Shown here piece by piece: positions 1 through 10,354 of a stretch of DNA of 64,000 bases. The stretch spans positions 69,876-133,875 of the forward strand of contig JBMFSS010000001.1 of the NCBI GenBank assembly GCA_049967415.1, read 5' to 3'. Position 1 is the first letter of the stretch, and every line of letters begins with the position of its first letter. The DNA is from Candidatus Limnocylindrales bacterium. Lineage in GTDB: Bacteria; Chloroflexota; Limnocylindria; Limnocylindrales; CSP1-4. Made by a program: the position numbers and the translations under genes. The notes beneath the pieces are model-generated. The model ran no database searches, was not told the origin of the DNA, and saw nothing but the letters and a program-made list of their open reading frames with translations.

Positions 1-696
1 CATGACCGGCGGCGTGTTCTGCTGCGCCTGCTGGCGGGCGAGCTGGGTCGCGGCGGCATCGTAGGTCGAGTTCGCCACCAGCAGCGGCTCGATGATCTCG
101 CCGGCCAGTTCCCGCTGGTCCGACGGGATGCTCGCCGGGAGCGCAGCCGGGAGCGCCTGGCGCTCCGCGGGCAGGTCCGTATCGCGCACCTCGCCCCGCT
201 GTGCCGTATCGAGCACGCTTCGCATGTCGTCGCGCAGGGTCACCCAGGACGAGAAGTCCAGGCTCTGCAACGTTGCCACGGCCACTTTGGAGAGGCCGGG
301 GACCGCAGCCGCCAGGGCAGCCTGTCGCCCCTGCTCGGAGAGGACAGCCTCAAAGGCCGCATCGATGGGCGCGACCAGCTTGTCGAAGGCCGCCGTCTGG
401 GTCGCCGCCGCGAGGTCGCCCTTGGCAGGCGTGTAGTCATACTGCGGCGGCACCGCCTGCACGGCCTGGGCCTGGGCCTGGGCGGTGAGGATGGCGCTCT
501 CGAAGGTGATCGTGCGCGGCGCCCGGATGGTGGAGGGCGCGATGTCGCCGACCCCGACGTGATAGGCGGCAGGAATGATGTCGATCGAAAGGATCGCCGT
601 GAGCGCGATGATCAGCAGGCCGGCCGCGATGGAGAGGCGCACCGCGTCGCGCCGGGTGAACGCCGGTGGCGGCGCACTCGCCTGCTGGGCGAGCAT
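1..696 (-). CDS. N-terminal ~232 aa of a membrane protein resembling the extracellular domain of 7TM-HD phosphodiesterase (PgpH/YqfF-like); partial, continues past the window start.
   Basis: Manual reverse-complement translation gives MLAQQASAPPPAFTRRDAVRLSIAAGLLIIALTAILSIDIIPAAYHVGVGDIAPSTIRAPRTITFESAILTAQAQAQAV.... This is a signal-anchor TM followed by an extracytoplasmic domain similar to the YqfF N-terminus. It has no stop inside the window, which is why it is absent from the ORF track. It lies directly downstream of yqeY, as in the Bacillus rpsU-yqeY...yqfF neighbourhood. Confidence 0.5.
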   Translation of the reverse strand, partial: MLAQQASAPPPAFTRRDAVRLSIAAGLLIIALTAILSIDIIPAAYHVGVGDIAPSTIRAPRTITFESAILTAQAQAQAVQAVPPQYDYTPAKGDLAAATQTAAFDKLVAPIDAAFEAVLSEQGRQAALAAAVPGLSKVAVATLQSLDFSSWVTLRDDMRSVLDTAQRGEVRDTDLPAERQALPAALPASIPSDQRELAGEIIEPLLVANSTYDAAATQLARQQAQQNTPPVM

Positions 697-727
697 CAGC
701 GGGATCCCCCGCGGCGAAGGTCGCGCA

Positions 728-1297
728 TCAGTCGCCGCCCCCGCCCGACCGGCCACGTGCGCCCGGCGGAGGCAGCCGGCCGGTCCCGGGACCGGCGGCC
801 GCGGGAGGCGCCGGCTCCTGTGGGGCCGCCGTGCTGGCCGGGGGTACCGCGCCTCCTCCCAGCTGGCTGGCCACGCGCTGGCTGAGTGCGCGGCCGTCGG
901 CGCGCCCGCGCACTTGGGGGGCCAGGAGCTGCATCACCCGACCCGTGTCCCGGGGCGTGGTCGCACCGGCCTCGGCGATCGCCTGGGCCACCAACCGGTC
1001 CAGCTCCGGACCCGTCAGGGGCGTGGGCATCCACCCCGCCAGGGCCTCCAGCTTGCGCTCTTCCGCGGCCGCCAGGTCCGAACGGCCCCCGGCCGCGAAG
1101 GCCTCGACCGATTCACGGCGCGTCCTCACCTCGCGCGCCATCACGGCCAGCTCCTCGTCGGGCGTGAGCGGACGGCGCGCATCCTTCTCCGCACGCCGAA
1201 GAGCCGCCAGCGCCATGCGCAGCGCATCACGACGGACGTCGTCGTGCGCACGCATCGCGGCGGTCATGCCGGCCTGGAGTTGCTCTGCGAGTGTCAC
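728..1297 (-). CDS. yqeY: GatB/YqeY domain protein
   Basis: 189-aa ORF, MTLAEQLQAGMTAAMRAHDDVRRDALRMALAALRRAEKD...TPDEELAVMAREVRTRRESVEAF, typical of the YqeY family. It sits immediately downstream of rpsU, the conserved rpsU-yqeY pair. Confidence 0.8.
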   Translation of the reverse strand: MTLAEQLQAGMTAAMRAHDDVRRDALRMALAALRRAEKDARRPLTPDEELAVMAREVRTRRESVEAFAAGGRSDLAAAEERKLEALAGWMPTPLTGPELDRLVAQAIAEAGATTPRDTGRVMQLLAPQVRGRADGRALSQRVASQLGGGAVPPASTAAPQEPAPPAAAGPGTGRLPPPGARGRSGGGGD

Positions 1298-1413
1298 GGG
1301 ATGGTGGCTCCCGGGCCGCGCGGCACGGCGGCCCGGCGTGGCCGGAGGGCCCTGATCGTGCCGCTGGGGACGGGCGCGAAACTCCTTCCCAGCCGACGCG
1401 TCCCAGGGACGCC

Positions 1414-1629
1414 CTAGCCCTGGCGGGCGGCCTTCTTGCGCTTCGCTTCCTTGCGCTTGCGCTTCACGCTGGGCTTCTCATAGTGCTCGCGACGCCGAGC
1501 CTCCGCGAGGATTCCGCTCTGCTGGATCTTCTTGTTGAAACGGCGCAGCGCGCTCTCGAAGGTCTCGTTTTCCCCGACGCGGACTTCAGCCAATCCGGCT
1601 TCACCTCCCCTGGCAGGAACTTGCCTCAT
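1414..1629 (-). CDS. rpsU: 30S ribosomal protein S21
   Basis: C-terminal ...[56 protein letters not shown] matches S21. Start chosen at the internal ATG (MRQVP...); an alternative GTG at VRVGENE is possible. Confidence 0.85.
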   Translation of the reverse strand: MRQVPARGGEAGLAEVRVGENETFESALRRFNKKIQQSGILAEARRREHYEKPSVKRKRKEAKRKKAARQG

Positions 1630-1743
1630 CACGCCGTCCGATGCCAGGTGGACGCAAGCGTGGGCGCGGGCCGACTGCACCGCGCAAGGGCCGGGCGAGC
1701 ATAGCGGAGCGGCAGGCCCTGGTCAACCGCGCACGGGAGCGCG

Positions 1744-2094
1744 CTACCCGGGCGGCCAGGTCATGAAGCGGCGGCCGAAGACGTGAAAATGCAGGTGGTC
1801 CACGGTCTGGCCCCCGTCGTGCCCATTGTTGGAGACCACCCGGAACCCCGACTCCGCGATCCCTTCCCGTCGCGCCACCTCCTGGATGGCCGCGACCAGA
1901 CGCCCCAGGAGCGGCGTGTCCTCGTCCTGCAGATCCATGAGCGAGGCCAGGTGCCGGCGCGGGATGACCAGCACATGGATCGGCGCCCGCGGCGCGATGT
2001 CCCGGAAAGCCATCACCTGGTCATCGGCGTAGACCACCCTGGCCGGAGCCTCTCCGGCGGCGATCCGGCAGAACGGGCAGTCGCTGTGGGCCAC
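1744..2094 (-). CDS. HIT family (histidine triad) nucleotide hydrolase
   Basis: 116 aa carrying the HIT motif DHLHFHVFG and the N-terminal CPFCRI zinc-binding motif. Confidence 0.85.
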   Translation of the reverse strand: MAHSDCPFCRIAAGEAPARVVYADDQVMAFRDIAPRAPIHVLVIPRRHLASLMDLQDEDTPLLGRLVAAIQEVARREGIAESGFRVVSNNGHDGGQTVDHLHFHVFGRRFMTWPPG

Positions 2095-2126
2095 GCACGC
2101 GTCCTCCGCTGGCTGGTGGATTGCGC

Positions 2127-4892
2127 TCAGGGGTGCAGCTGCATCTCGGCCTGCAGCATCTTCTTGCCAGGCAGTTCGTGCAGGGTGAACCCCACGTTCT
2201 GCGCGGCCCGCTGCATCCCGACGTTGTCGACCAGCATCTCGGCGCGGATCCAGTCGAGGTGCTCGTCCCGTCCGATCTGGACCAGACGGCGGAGCAGCTC
2301 GGTGCCCAGCCCGGTGCGCTGGCAGCAGTCGGCCACCACGATCGCGAACTCGGCCCCGTTGACCGCGTGCCGCTTGGTGAGACGCGCCACGGCCACCAGC
2401 TCCCGCTCACCGTTGCCGGCGGTGCGCTCGGCAACCAGCGCGATCTCGCGGTCGTAGTCGTTGAAGCAGGCCCGCATCAGCCGCTCGTGCGCGGTGCGCT
2501 CGGCAAGGCCAAGGTCCTTCAGATAGCGGCCATAGACCGTGCGCTCGGAGAGACTCTGGTGGAAACGGACCATCAGCGGCTCGTCCTCCGGCCGGATGGG
2601 CCGGATAGTCATCACGCTGCCATCCACGCCGGTCCAGGTACCGATGTACTGCCGCGGATACGGACGGATCGCCAGTTGCGGGAGCTTCTCGGGCGGGAGC
2701 TTCGGGTCGTTCAGGACCACCCGGGCATCGAGCGCGATCAATCGCTCCGGCGACGCCAGCAGCGGGTTGATGTCGATCTCCTTGATCCAGGGCTGCTCCA
2801 CGACCAGCTGGGAAAAGTGGACCAGCAGTTGCTCGAGCGCGTCGGTGTCAATGGGCTGGCGGCCGCGGATCCCGGCAAACGCCCCGTAGATCTTGGTGCG
2901 CTCCATCATGCGCCGCGCCAGCGTGGTGTTGAGCGGAGGAAGTGCCAGCGCCCGGTCGCGGAAGAGCTCCACCAGCTGGCCGCCCAGCCCGAAGAGCAGC
3001 ACGGGCCCGAACTGCGCGTCCACGCTGCTGCCCAGGATCAGCTCGTACCCCGAGTAGTTGATCATGGGCTGCACGGTGACGCCTTCGAAGTGCTCCGCGC
3101 CGCGGCGTTCCGCAACTGCGGCCTGGATCGCCTTGTAGGCCTCGCGGACGGCTGCGGCGTCGGCCAGGTTCAGCTGCACGCCACCCACATCGGTCTTGTG
3201 GGTGATGGTGTGCGAATACAGCTTGAGCACCACCGGGTAGCCGATCGCCTCTGCGGCCGCCACAGCCGCATCCTCGCTCGGCGCGATGCGCGTCTCGGTG
3301 ATGGGAATGGCATACGCGGCCAGGACCTGCTTTGACTCGAACTCGGTGAGCAGGGTGCGGCCCTCCCGCCGCACCGTCTCGATGACATCCCGGGCCAGGG
3401 ACCGGTTGACGGCGCTGGCGTCATCGTCCGGCATGGAGGGCGTCTCGTACAGCTGGCGGAGCCCGTCGCTGTACCGCCACATGTAGTTGAACATTTCGAC
3501 CGCCGTGTCGGGGTAGAGGAAGGTGGGCATCCCCGCTTCCCGCAGAATGGCCGTGCCGGCCTCCACGTCCGCACCGCCCATCCAGCTCGCCAGGACCGGC
3601 TTTCCCTCGATGTGCGCAAACGGCGCGACCAGCTCCGCGGTCCGCGTGGGATCAGTCATCGCCTGGGGCGTGAGGATCACCAGGAGCCCGTCCGCGTTGG
3701 GATCGCGGGACGCAATCTCGAGCGCCGCGGCGTACCGCTCGGGCGGCGCATCCCCAATGATGTCGACCGGGTTGTTGTGGCTCCAGGGCGCGGGCAGGAT
3801 CGCGTTGAACGCCTCCATCACCTCCGGCGTGAGCTCCGTGAGCTGACCGCCGCCGCCGATCAGGGCGTCCGTGGCGAGGACGCCCGGGCCCCCGGCGTTG
3901 GAAACGATGCTGAGCTTGCGACCCTTCGGCCGTGGCTGTTTGGCCAGGACATCGGCGATCGCGAACAGATCCTGGATGGCGTCCACCCGGAGGACGCCCA
4001 CGCGCCGGAAGGCCGCGTCCAGGACTTCGTCGCTCCCGGTGAGCGAGCCCGTGTGCGAGGCAGCCGCCTTGGAGGCCTGCGCCGTCCGCCCGGGCTTGAT
4101 CACGATGATCGGCTTGGTGAGGGCGACCTCCCGTGCGGCCGACAGAAAGGCCCGGGCGTCGCCCACGGTCTCCATGTAGATCACGATGCTTCCGGTGTGG
4201 GGGTCGTCCCCCAGGTGGTAGATGACGTCTCCCCAGCCAACGTCCAGCATCGAACCCAGCGAGACAACGGAGCTGAAGCCGACCTGCTCGCGCACGCTCC
4301 AGTCGAGGATGGCTGTCAACAGCGCCCCGCTCTGGCTGATCAGGCCCACCGATCCCGGGCGGGCAATCCCGGCGGCAAACGTCGCGTTGAGCCCGTTGGT
4401 GGGATTCATGACCCCCAGACAGTTGGGGCCCACGACGCGGATGCCGCCCCGGCGCGCCTGTTCGAGGACCTGGCGCTCGAGCTCCTCGCCGGCGGGGCCG
4501 GTCTCCTTGAAGCCGGCCGAGATCACGATGGCGCCTTTCACGCCGGCGGCAACGCACTCCTCCATGACGCCCGGAACCGTCTGGGGCGGCGTCACGATCA
4601 CTGCCAGCTCGACCGGATCGGGAACGGCCGCCAGGTTCGGGTAGGCCTTCAGCCCCAGGATGTTGGGGCGCTTCGGGTTGACCGGGAATACGGTTCCCCC
4701 GAAGGGACTGCTGATCAAGTTCCAGAGCACCGTCCGGCCGACGCTTCCCTCCTTCTCGGTCGCGCCGATCACGGCGACCGAATGGGGGGCGAAGAGCGCG
4801 TCGAGCGGTCGTCGCCCGTAGCCCAGGACGTCGCTGGCCATGTCCACTACGGTCGAAGTGCCAACGCGGTCGGCGGACGTGTCAACCATCAT
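2127..4892 (-). CDS. Bifunctional NDP-forming acyl-CoA synthetase-like / GNAT protein lysine acetyltransferase (Pat/YfiQ family)
   Basis: 921 aa. CoA-binding and succinyl-CoA-synthetase-like domains ([24 protein letters not shown]-grasp) are followed by a C-terminal GNAT (AVARLTK...[22 protein letters not shown]). The true start is probably the internal M at residue 18 ([27 protein letters not shown]), around 4841. Confidence 0.85.
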   Translation of the reverse strand: MMVDTSADRVGTSTVVDMASDVLGYGRRPLDALFAPHSVAVIGATEKEGSVGRTVLWNLISSPFGGTVFPVNPKRPNILGLKAYPNLAAVPDPVELAVIVTPPQTVPGVMEECVAAGVKGAIVISAGFKETGPAGEELERQVLEQARRGGIRVVGPNCLGVMNPTNGLNATFAAGIARPGSVGLISQSGALLTAILDWSVREQVGFSSVVSLGSMLDVGWGDVIYHLGDDPHTGSIVIYMETVGDARAFLSAAREVALTKPIIVIKPGRTAQASKAAASHTGSLTGSDEVLDAAFRRVGVLRVDAIQDLFAIADVLAKQPRPKGRKLSIVSNAGGPGVLATDALIGGGGQLTELTPEVMEAFNAILPAPWSHNNPVDIIGDAPPERYAAALEIASRDPNADGLLVILTPQAMTDPTRTAELVAPFAHIEGKPVLASWMGGADVEAGTAILREAGMPTFLYPDTAVEMFNYMWRYSDGLRQLYETPSMPDDDASAVNRSLARDVIETVRREGRTLLTEFESKQVLAAYAIPITETRIAPSEDAAVAAAEAIGYPVVLKLYSHTITHKTDVGGVQLNLADAAAVREAYKAIQAAVAERRGAEHFEGVTVQPMINYSGYELILGSSVDAQFGPVLLFGLGGQLVELFRDRALALPPLNTTLARRMMERTKIYGAFAGIRGRQPIDTDALEQLLVHFSQLVVEQPWIKEIDINPLLASPERLIALDARVVLNDPKLPPEKLPQLAIRPYPRQYIGTWTGVDGSVMTIRPIRPEDEPLMVRFHQSLSERTVYGRYLKDLGLAERTAHERLMRACFNDYDREIALVAERTAGNGERELVAVARLTKRHAVNGAEFAIVVADCCQRTGLGTELLRRLVQIGRDEHLDWIRAEMLVDNVGMQRAAQNVGFTLHELPGKKMLQAEMQLHP

Positions 4893-5228
4893 TCACCCCC
4901 AAGGGAACTCTCTGCACGCAGCCTGTCGTCGACTTGCCAGTGACGCGTTGCCATATCGTGCACCCGCGGCCGCCGGATCTGCTCGGGGTGCATGTCGACA
5001 CCCGCCCGACTCGCGCGACCGCGCGGGAGACCCGAGGGCCGGGCTGCACCGGGCCGGGAGGGCTTCATGGCGGCGCAGCAAACGCCGCCGGACTGCGGAT
5101 CACGGCGACGTTCACAGGCAGTAAGAGTGCCGCCCGGGGCACAGCGCGTGTGAGCGCTCAACGTCCCGTTCCAGCGTGCCATAGGGCACAGCCGCGCGCC
5201 CGGGCCGGAAGCGCGGCGCTGCGGGCGG

Positions 5229-6188
5229 TCACACCACACGCTCGGCTTCGAGGGCAACCCAGTCGCCCTCCTCCCAGCGGCGCAACAGGTGGAAGCCAGC
5301 CGCGGCCAGAGCGCGTCGCACCTCCGCCTCGCGGTCGGCGATGATCCCGCTCGCGAGCAACCGCCCGCCTGTACCCGGCACGCCCTCCCCGGAGCGCACC
5401 TCCGCGTACAGACCGGCGGCCAGAGAGACCAGGATCGAAGCCACCAGGTTCGCCAGCACCAGGTCGAAACAGGGCTCCCCGGTTGGCACGGATCCCTGGC
5501 GGGCAACGATCCGGCGGGAGAGCCGGTTCCGGCGCGCGTTGGCACGGGTGGCCTCCACCGCCAGCGCGTCGGTATCCACGGCCAGCACAGACGCGGCACC
5601 CAGTCGCGCCGCCGCCAGCGCGAGGATGCCCGAACCGGATCCCACGTCGAGCACGCGAGCCCCGGCCAGCCGGTCTCCGGTCGGTGGGGTCGTCCCGACC
5701 GCGCCGGCCCCTTCCGCATGCCAGGCCTCAAGCCCCACCAGGCAGAGCCGAGTGGTGGGATGCAGTCCGGTCCCGAACGCGAGGCCCGGGTCAAGCACCA
5801 GCACCACGTCGCCAGGCTGTCGGCGGTAGCGGCGCCAGCGGGGCCGGATCACGAACCGCTCGCCGACCCGCAGGACCGGGAAATGCGCACGCCCCTGCGC
5901 GGCCCAGTCCGCCTCGCGCACGACCGCCGCCTGCAGCTCCCCGATGGGGCGGAGCTGAAACGCCTGCAGGTGGGCCAGGGCCGCACGCACCCGCGTCACC
6001 GCGTCGGCCGTCACCTGGCTGCTGGCGCCCGGCAGCCAGGCGCGCACCCGCGCCGGTCGACCGGGGTCGGACAGGGCCGGCAGCCCCCCGTCCCGCAATT
6101 CCAGGCCGGCCTCGATGCTGACGCCGCCGGGGGCCTCGCGGGCCAGGATTTCGGCGATCGCTTCCACCGCCTCCGGGTCGGCGGTCAC
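5229..6188 (-). CDS. prmA: Ribosomal protein L11 methyltransferase
   Basis: 319 aa with the SAM-MTase motif VLDVGSGSGILALAA. It lies immediately downstream of dnaJ, the conserved dnaJ-prmA order. Confidence 0.85.
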   Translation of the reverse strand: MTADPEAVEAIAEILAREAPGGVSIEAGLELRDGGLPALSDPGRPARVRAWLPGASSQVTADAVTRVRAALAHLQAFQLRPIGELQAAVVREADWAAQGRAHFPVLRVGERFVIRPRWRRYRRQPGDVVLVLDPGLAFGTGLHPTTRLCLVGLEAWHAEGAGAVGTTPPTGDRLAGARVLDVGSGSGILALAAARLGAASVLAVDTDALAVEATRANARRNRLSRRIVARQGSVPTGEPCFDLVLANLVASILVSLAAGLYAEVRSGEGVPGTGGRLLASGIIADREAEVRRALAAAGFHLLRRWEEGDWVALEAERVV

Positions 6189-6262
6189 GGCCAGCTCGAG
6201 CCACTCCGGAGGTCGGGCAGCCGGCCCCGGGGAGCGCGCGTCCCCAGCCGCGGACCTCGCGC

Positions 6263-7393
6263 TCAGCCGATCACGTCCTTCACCTTGTCAAAGAGGCCAC
6301 CCGATCGGGGTGCCGGCCGCTCGCCCCACTCGGCGGCCAGCGCCTCCAGCAACTCTCGCTGTCGCTTGGACAGGTGGGTGGGCACCTGCACCTCCACCAG
6401 CACGTGGAGGTCGCCACGGACACCGGGCCGGCGCAGGTTCGGCACGCCGCGGCCGCGCAGGCGGATCTCCGCCCCTGGCTGGGTGCCCGGCTTCACCTCG
6501 ATCTCCTCTTCCCCCTCGGCGGTGGGAACCGTCATCCGGGCGCCCAGTGCGGCCTGGGTGAGCGAGAGGCTCAAGGTGTGGTACAGCTCGGTGCCGTCCC
6601 GGCGCAGTGACGGGTGCTCCTCGACATGCACCGCCACGTACAAGTTGCCGGCCGGACCTCCTCGAGGACCGGCTTCCCCTTCGCCGGTCAGCCGCATCTG
6701 GTGCCCTTCGTCAATCCCGGCCGGGATCACCACGCGGAGCTTGCGCTTGCGCTGGACGCGCCCCTCGCCACGGCATTCATGACAGGGCGTCTCCACGATG
6801 GTTCCCTCGCCGTGGCAGCGCGGGCACACGGTGACACTGACCATCTGGCCCAGCATGGTGCTGCGGACCTGGCGGATCTCACCCTGGCCGTTGCACTGCG
6901 GACAGCGGATGGAAGCGGAGCCCGGCTCCGCGCCCGTGCCAGAGCAGGTCGGGCAGCGGTCCAGCGCAGAGAACTCGATCTCCTTCTCCGCACCGTGGAT
7001 CGATTCTTCGAAGGTGATATGGAGGTCGTAGCGGAGATCCGACCCGGCAGCCGGTCGGCCCCGCCTGGCCTGCGGCCCACCGGGGGCGGTCCCGCCAAAG
7101 AACGCATCAAACAGGTCGCCGAAGCCCTGAAACCCACCGAAGGGCCCGAACCCGTCGGCTCCGCCCCCGCCCACGCCTGCCCGCCCAAAGGTGTCGTAGG
7201 CGCGCCGCTGCTGGGGATCCGAGAGCACCTGGTACGCCTCGTTGATCTCCTTGAAGCGCTCCTGGGCCGAGGGATCCGTATTGACGTCCGGGTGCCACTG
7301 CTGGGCAAGCTTCCTGAAGGCGCGCTTGATGTCCGCATCTGGAGCGTCGCGCGGAACGCCGAGGATGTCGTAGTAATCGCGAGTGGTGGCCAT
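6263..7393 (-). CDS. dnaJ: Chaperone DnaJ
   Basis: J-domain (MATTRDYYDILGVPRDAPDADIKRAFRKLAQQWHPD), a G/F-rich region, and four CxxCxGxG zinc-finger repeats. Start set at the internal ATG (MATTRDYY). Confidence 0.9.
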   Translation of the reverse strand: MATTRDYYDILGVPRDAPDADIKRAFRKLAQQWHPDVNTDPSAQERFKEINEAYQVLSDPQQRRAYDTFGRAGVGGGGADGFGPFGGFQGFGDLFDAFFGGTAPGGPQARRGRPAAGSDLRYDLHITFEESIHGAEKEIEFSALDRCPTCSGTGAEPGSASIRCPQCNGQGEIRQVRSTMLGQMVSVTVCPRCHGEGTIVETPCHECRGEGRVQRKRKLRVVIPAGIDEGHQMRLTGEGEAGPRGGPAGNLYVAVHVEEHPSLRRDGTELYHTLSLSLTQAALGARMTVPTAEGEEEIEVKPGTQPGAEIRLRGRGVPNLRRPGVRGDLHVLVEVQVPTHLSKRQRELLEALAAEWGERPAPRSGGLFDKVKDVIG

Positions 7394-7705
7394 GCACGGG
7401 CAAGTATAGGAAAGCCAGCCGTCGAGCCTCGCCGCACCTCCTGGCGGCATCCACCGCGGCGGCATCGACCGCGGCCGTGGCGCCGGCGCAGGCCAGATTC
7501 ACTGACCAACCAGGGCCGGCGCAGACCAGGCGCCCCCGGCGCTACCATCCCGGGATGCCCAGTCTCTTCGCGGGTGCCCTCCGCGGCGCGCGCCGCCTGC
7601 GTGTTCTGCTTCTGCACCCCCGCCCCGGGCGGCCGCTGGCGCGCAGACGGCGCCGGGGAGCTCCGTGAGCGCCCGGGAGGCCGGCCGACGGCGCCGGCCC
7701 AGAGC

Positions 7706-9118
7706 GTGAACGGCACGAGGACGCGCGCAGGGCCCGCCGAAGGCCGCAACCCCCGGCGCTGGCTGCCGGCGCTCGCCGCGTTCGTGGTGGGCGCCATCGC
7801 GTATGCCGGGCTCTATTGCTTCCCGCCGATCTCCGTCGCGTACGCCTCCGAGTTCGGGATCGGCCGCACGCTTGCGGTGGTCCCCTGGACGATCTTCCTG
7901 CTGGTGACCGGGCTCTCCAGCCCGCTGCTGGGCCGGGCCTACGATGCGATTGCCGACCGCTGGCTGCTCTCGGCCGGGATGCTGCTGATGGCCATCGGGT
8001 GGGCGATGGCCGCCCTGACGAGCGGCGTCGCGCTCCTGGTGGTCGCCTACGGAATCTTCCTGGCGATCGGGCTCGAACTGGTTTTCGTCGGGACCACCAC
8101 GGCGATGGCCCGCCGATACGCGGGCATGACCGGCCTGGCCCTGGGAATCGCCTACGCCGGTCCGGGGGCCGGGGTAGCCGTGGCGTTGCCCCTGGTCACG
8201 CCCGCGATCGCCGCCATCGGGTGGCGCGAGATCCTGGCCGTCTTCGGCGTCCTGTCGCTGGCGGGGCTGCCGTTCGTCTGGTTGATGACCAGCGGCCCCG
8301 CGATCCTGGTCCCCCTGCGGACAACCCGGCGCGCCGGAGCCGCGCGCGCTCCGGAGGCGGCGACGGCGCATGCCCGGGCCATGCCGGAAGGTGGCCACGC
8401 CGCCACCGAGACGCCCGGCCTGCACGAGACGTCCGTTCCCGGTGCCGTGGGCGCGGCACGCGAAGTGGCGCCTTTCGGTGACCAGGGTCGCGACGACACC
8501 CTGCGCCGGACCCTGCACACCGCCCGGTTCTGGGCGCTCTTCGCAGGCGCGGTGGCCATCGGCGTCATGGACGAGGGGGTCTTCCAGACCTTCCTGCCCC
8601 AGGCCACCCGCCAGGGCGTGCCCGAGGCGCTGGCCGCCCAGGGCCTCGCGATCGAGTCGGTTTCCTACATCCTCGGCCAGCTGGTGGGCGGGGCACTCTC
8701 CGATCGGCTGGGCCGCCGCTCGGTGGGCGCGGCCGCGCTGCTCATCGTGGCGCTCGGCGCCAGCATGGCGTTCGCGGCGACCGGCGCCACCGCCGAGCTG
8801 GCGGTTGCCGGCGTGGCGCTCAACGGGTTCGGCATGGGGGCGACCATCGCGGTGCGATCCGCCGCCTTCAGCGACGTCTTCGGCGGGGCGAACTTCGGCG
8901 CGATCTTCGGCGTCCTGGCGGTGGCCTACCCGCTCGGGGGCATCCTCCCGGTGGAGCTCGGCGGCATCAGCGTGGATCGGCTGGGCACCTACTGGCCGGT
9001 CTACTGGCTGGTGATGGCGGCGGTGGTCGTCTGGGGTGTCGCGCTCCTGGTCGCCGGCCCGCGCCGGCACGGACGGGCGCTGCGGGCGCGCCTGCGGGGC
9101 GCGATAGGCCGCGCCTGA
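7706..9118 (+). CDS. MFS transporter
   Basis: 12-TM-like hydrophobic profile (WLPALAAFVVGAIAYAGLYCF..., LVVAYGIFLAIGLELVF..., GALSDRLGRRSVGAAALLIVALGA). It is the C-terminal part of the 834-aa track ORF. Start is tentatively the GTG at 7706; the upstream part of that ORF is antisense to dnaJ. Confidence 0.65.
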   Translation: MNGTRTRAGPAEGRNPRRWLPALAAFVVGAIAYAGLYCFPPISVAYASEFGIGRTLAVVPWTIFLLVTGLSSPLLGRAYDAIADRWLLSAGMLLMAIGWAMAALTSGVALLVVAYGIFLAIGLELVFVGTTTAMARRYAGMTGLALGIAYAGPGAGVAVALPLVTPAIAAIGWREILAVFGVLSLAGLPFVWLMTSGPAILVPLRTTRRAGAARAPEAATAHARAMPEGGHAATETPGLHETSVPGAVGAAREVAPFGDQGRDDTLRRTLHTARFWALFAGAVAIGVMDEGVFQTFLPQATRQGVPEALAAQGLAIESVSYILGQLVGGALSDRLGRRSVGAAALLIVALGASMAFAATGATAELAVAGVALNGFGMGATIAVRSAAFSDVFGGANFGAIFGVLAVAYPLGGILPVELGGISVDRLGTYWPVYWLVMAAVVVWGVALLVAGPRRHGRALRARLRGAIGRA

Positions 9119-9157
9119 CGTCGGCAGGCCGCATCGCGGGCCCACGGAGGAAGCCGG

Positions 9158-10354
9158 TCATGCCACCTCGCGGCGGATCGTCGCCGCCGCCAGCACCACG
9201 AAGAGCGCCGCGATGGCGACCAGCACGCCGAGATCGAGCTGCACGCCCGCCGCCGACAGGCCGCGGCCCTGGATCATCACCTCGCGCAGCCCGTCGGCCG
9301 CGTAGGTGAGCGGCAGCACCCGCGCCAGCGGCTGGAGCAGCGCCGGCAGCGTGTCGATCCGCCAGAAGATCCCGGAGAGGAGGCCCTGGGGCACGATCAC
9401 GATCGGGATGAACTGGAGGATCTGGAACTCCGTGCGCGCGAAGGTCGAGATGAAGATGCCCAGGCTCACCGCGCCGATGGCCAGCAGTATCGCGACCAGG
9501 AACGCCAGCAACGGGTTTCCGAGGCTCGGCACCGCCATGCCGATCGAGAACGCGCCGAGCGGGCCGATCGCGGGCACGTCGACCTTCATCAGCGTGAAGG
9601 CCATCAGCACGATCACCTGCAGCGTCGCGAAGATCCCGAACCCCAGCGTGTAACCCAGCACGATCTCGCCCTTCGTGACCGGGGTGGCGAGCAGCCGCTC
9701 CAGGGTCCCGCCGACGCGCTCGCGCAGGAAGCTGATGCCCGTCAGGATGAACACCAGGAAGTAGGCGAAGAACCCGATGAAGAACGGGGAGAGGGCGTCG
9801 AACTCGTCCGAGTTGGGAGAGCCGAAGACGGTCTCGTGCTCGATCCGGGGCACCCCCGGCGAGCCCGGCACGGCCGACGCGAGGGCGGTGGCCACCAGCT
9901 GCTGGACCTGTGCCACCTGGCCACCTTCCGTGGGGGCGTTTGCACCCTGGGTGATGACGACGAGACGGACACCCTGCCCGGACGCCACGCCGGATGCCAC
10001 GCCGGGCGGGATGACCAGCGCGACGTCGAGCCGGTCGTTGGCAAGGTCGTCCCGGGCGGTCGACTCGTCGATGGTCGAGGCCGGCACGTCGACCGTCCCG
10101 GCACCCGTCCCCGCCGGACCGCTCGACAGCCCCCGCATCCGGATGATGGCGTCGGCGATCCGCTGGCCGGCCACGCCCGCTTGGTTCACGATGCCGAGCC
10201 GGACCGGCGTGGTCTGCTGATCCCGGACCACCCAGCCGAGCAGCGCGGAGATCACGATCGGCACCACGAAGATCAGCCCGAGGGTGCGCCGGTCGCGCCG
10301 GAACTGGGCAATGATGCGGCGGATGACCGCGGTGACGCGGCGCGGGCTCATGCC
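9158..10354 (-). CDS. ABC-2 family exporter permease
   Basis: Six TM segments in the C-terminal half (FFIGFFAYFLVFILTGISFL..., ABC-2 type). Start set at the internal ATG (MSPRRVTAVIRRIIAQFRRDRR), which overlaps the upstream ATPase stop by 7 nt. Confidence 0.75.
   Translation of the reverse strand, partial: GMSPRRVTAVIRRIIAQFRRDRRTLGLIFVVPIVISALLGWVVRDQQTTPVRLGIVNQAGVAGQRIADAIIRMRGLSSGPAGTGAGTVDVPASTIDESTARDDLANDRLDVALVIPPGVASGVASGQGVRLVVITQGANAPTEGGQVAQVQQLVATALASAVPGSPGVPRIEHETVFGSPNSDEFDALSPFFIGFFAYFLVFILTGISFLRERVGGTLERLLATPVTKGEIVLGYTLGFGIFATLQVIVLMAFTLMKVDVPAIGPLGAFSIGMAVPSLGNPLLAFLVAILLAIGAVSLGIFISTFARTEFQILQFIPIVIVPQGLLSGIFWRIDTLPALLQPLARVLPLTYAADGLREVMIQGRGLSAAGVQLDLGVLVAIAALFVVLAAATIRREVA

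Noticed and set aside
6614-9118. 834-aa ORF on the plus strand
   Set aside because: Its first ~360 codons are antisense to dnaJ with Arg/Ala/Pro-rich junk composition. Only the C-terminal MFS transporter portion (from about 7706) is credible.
7499-9145. 548-aa minus-strand ORF antisense to the MFS gene
   Set aside because: Arg/Gly/Pro/Asp-rich low-complexity translation typical of GC-rich antisense frames; no motifs.
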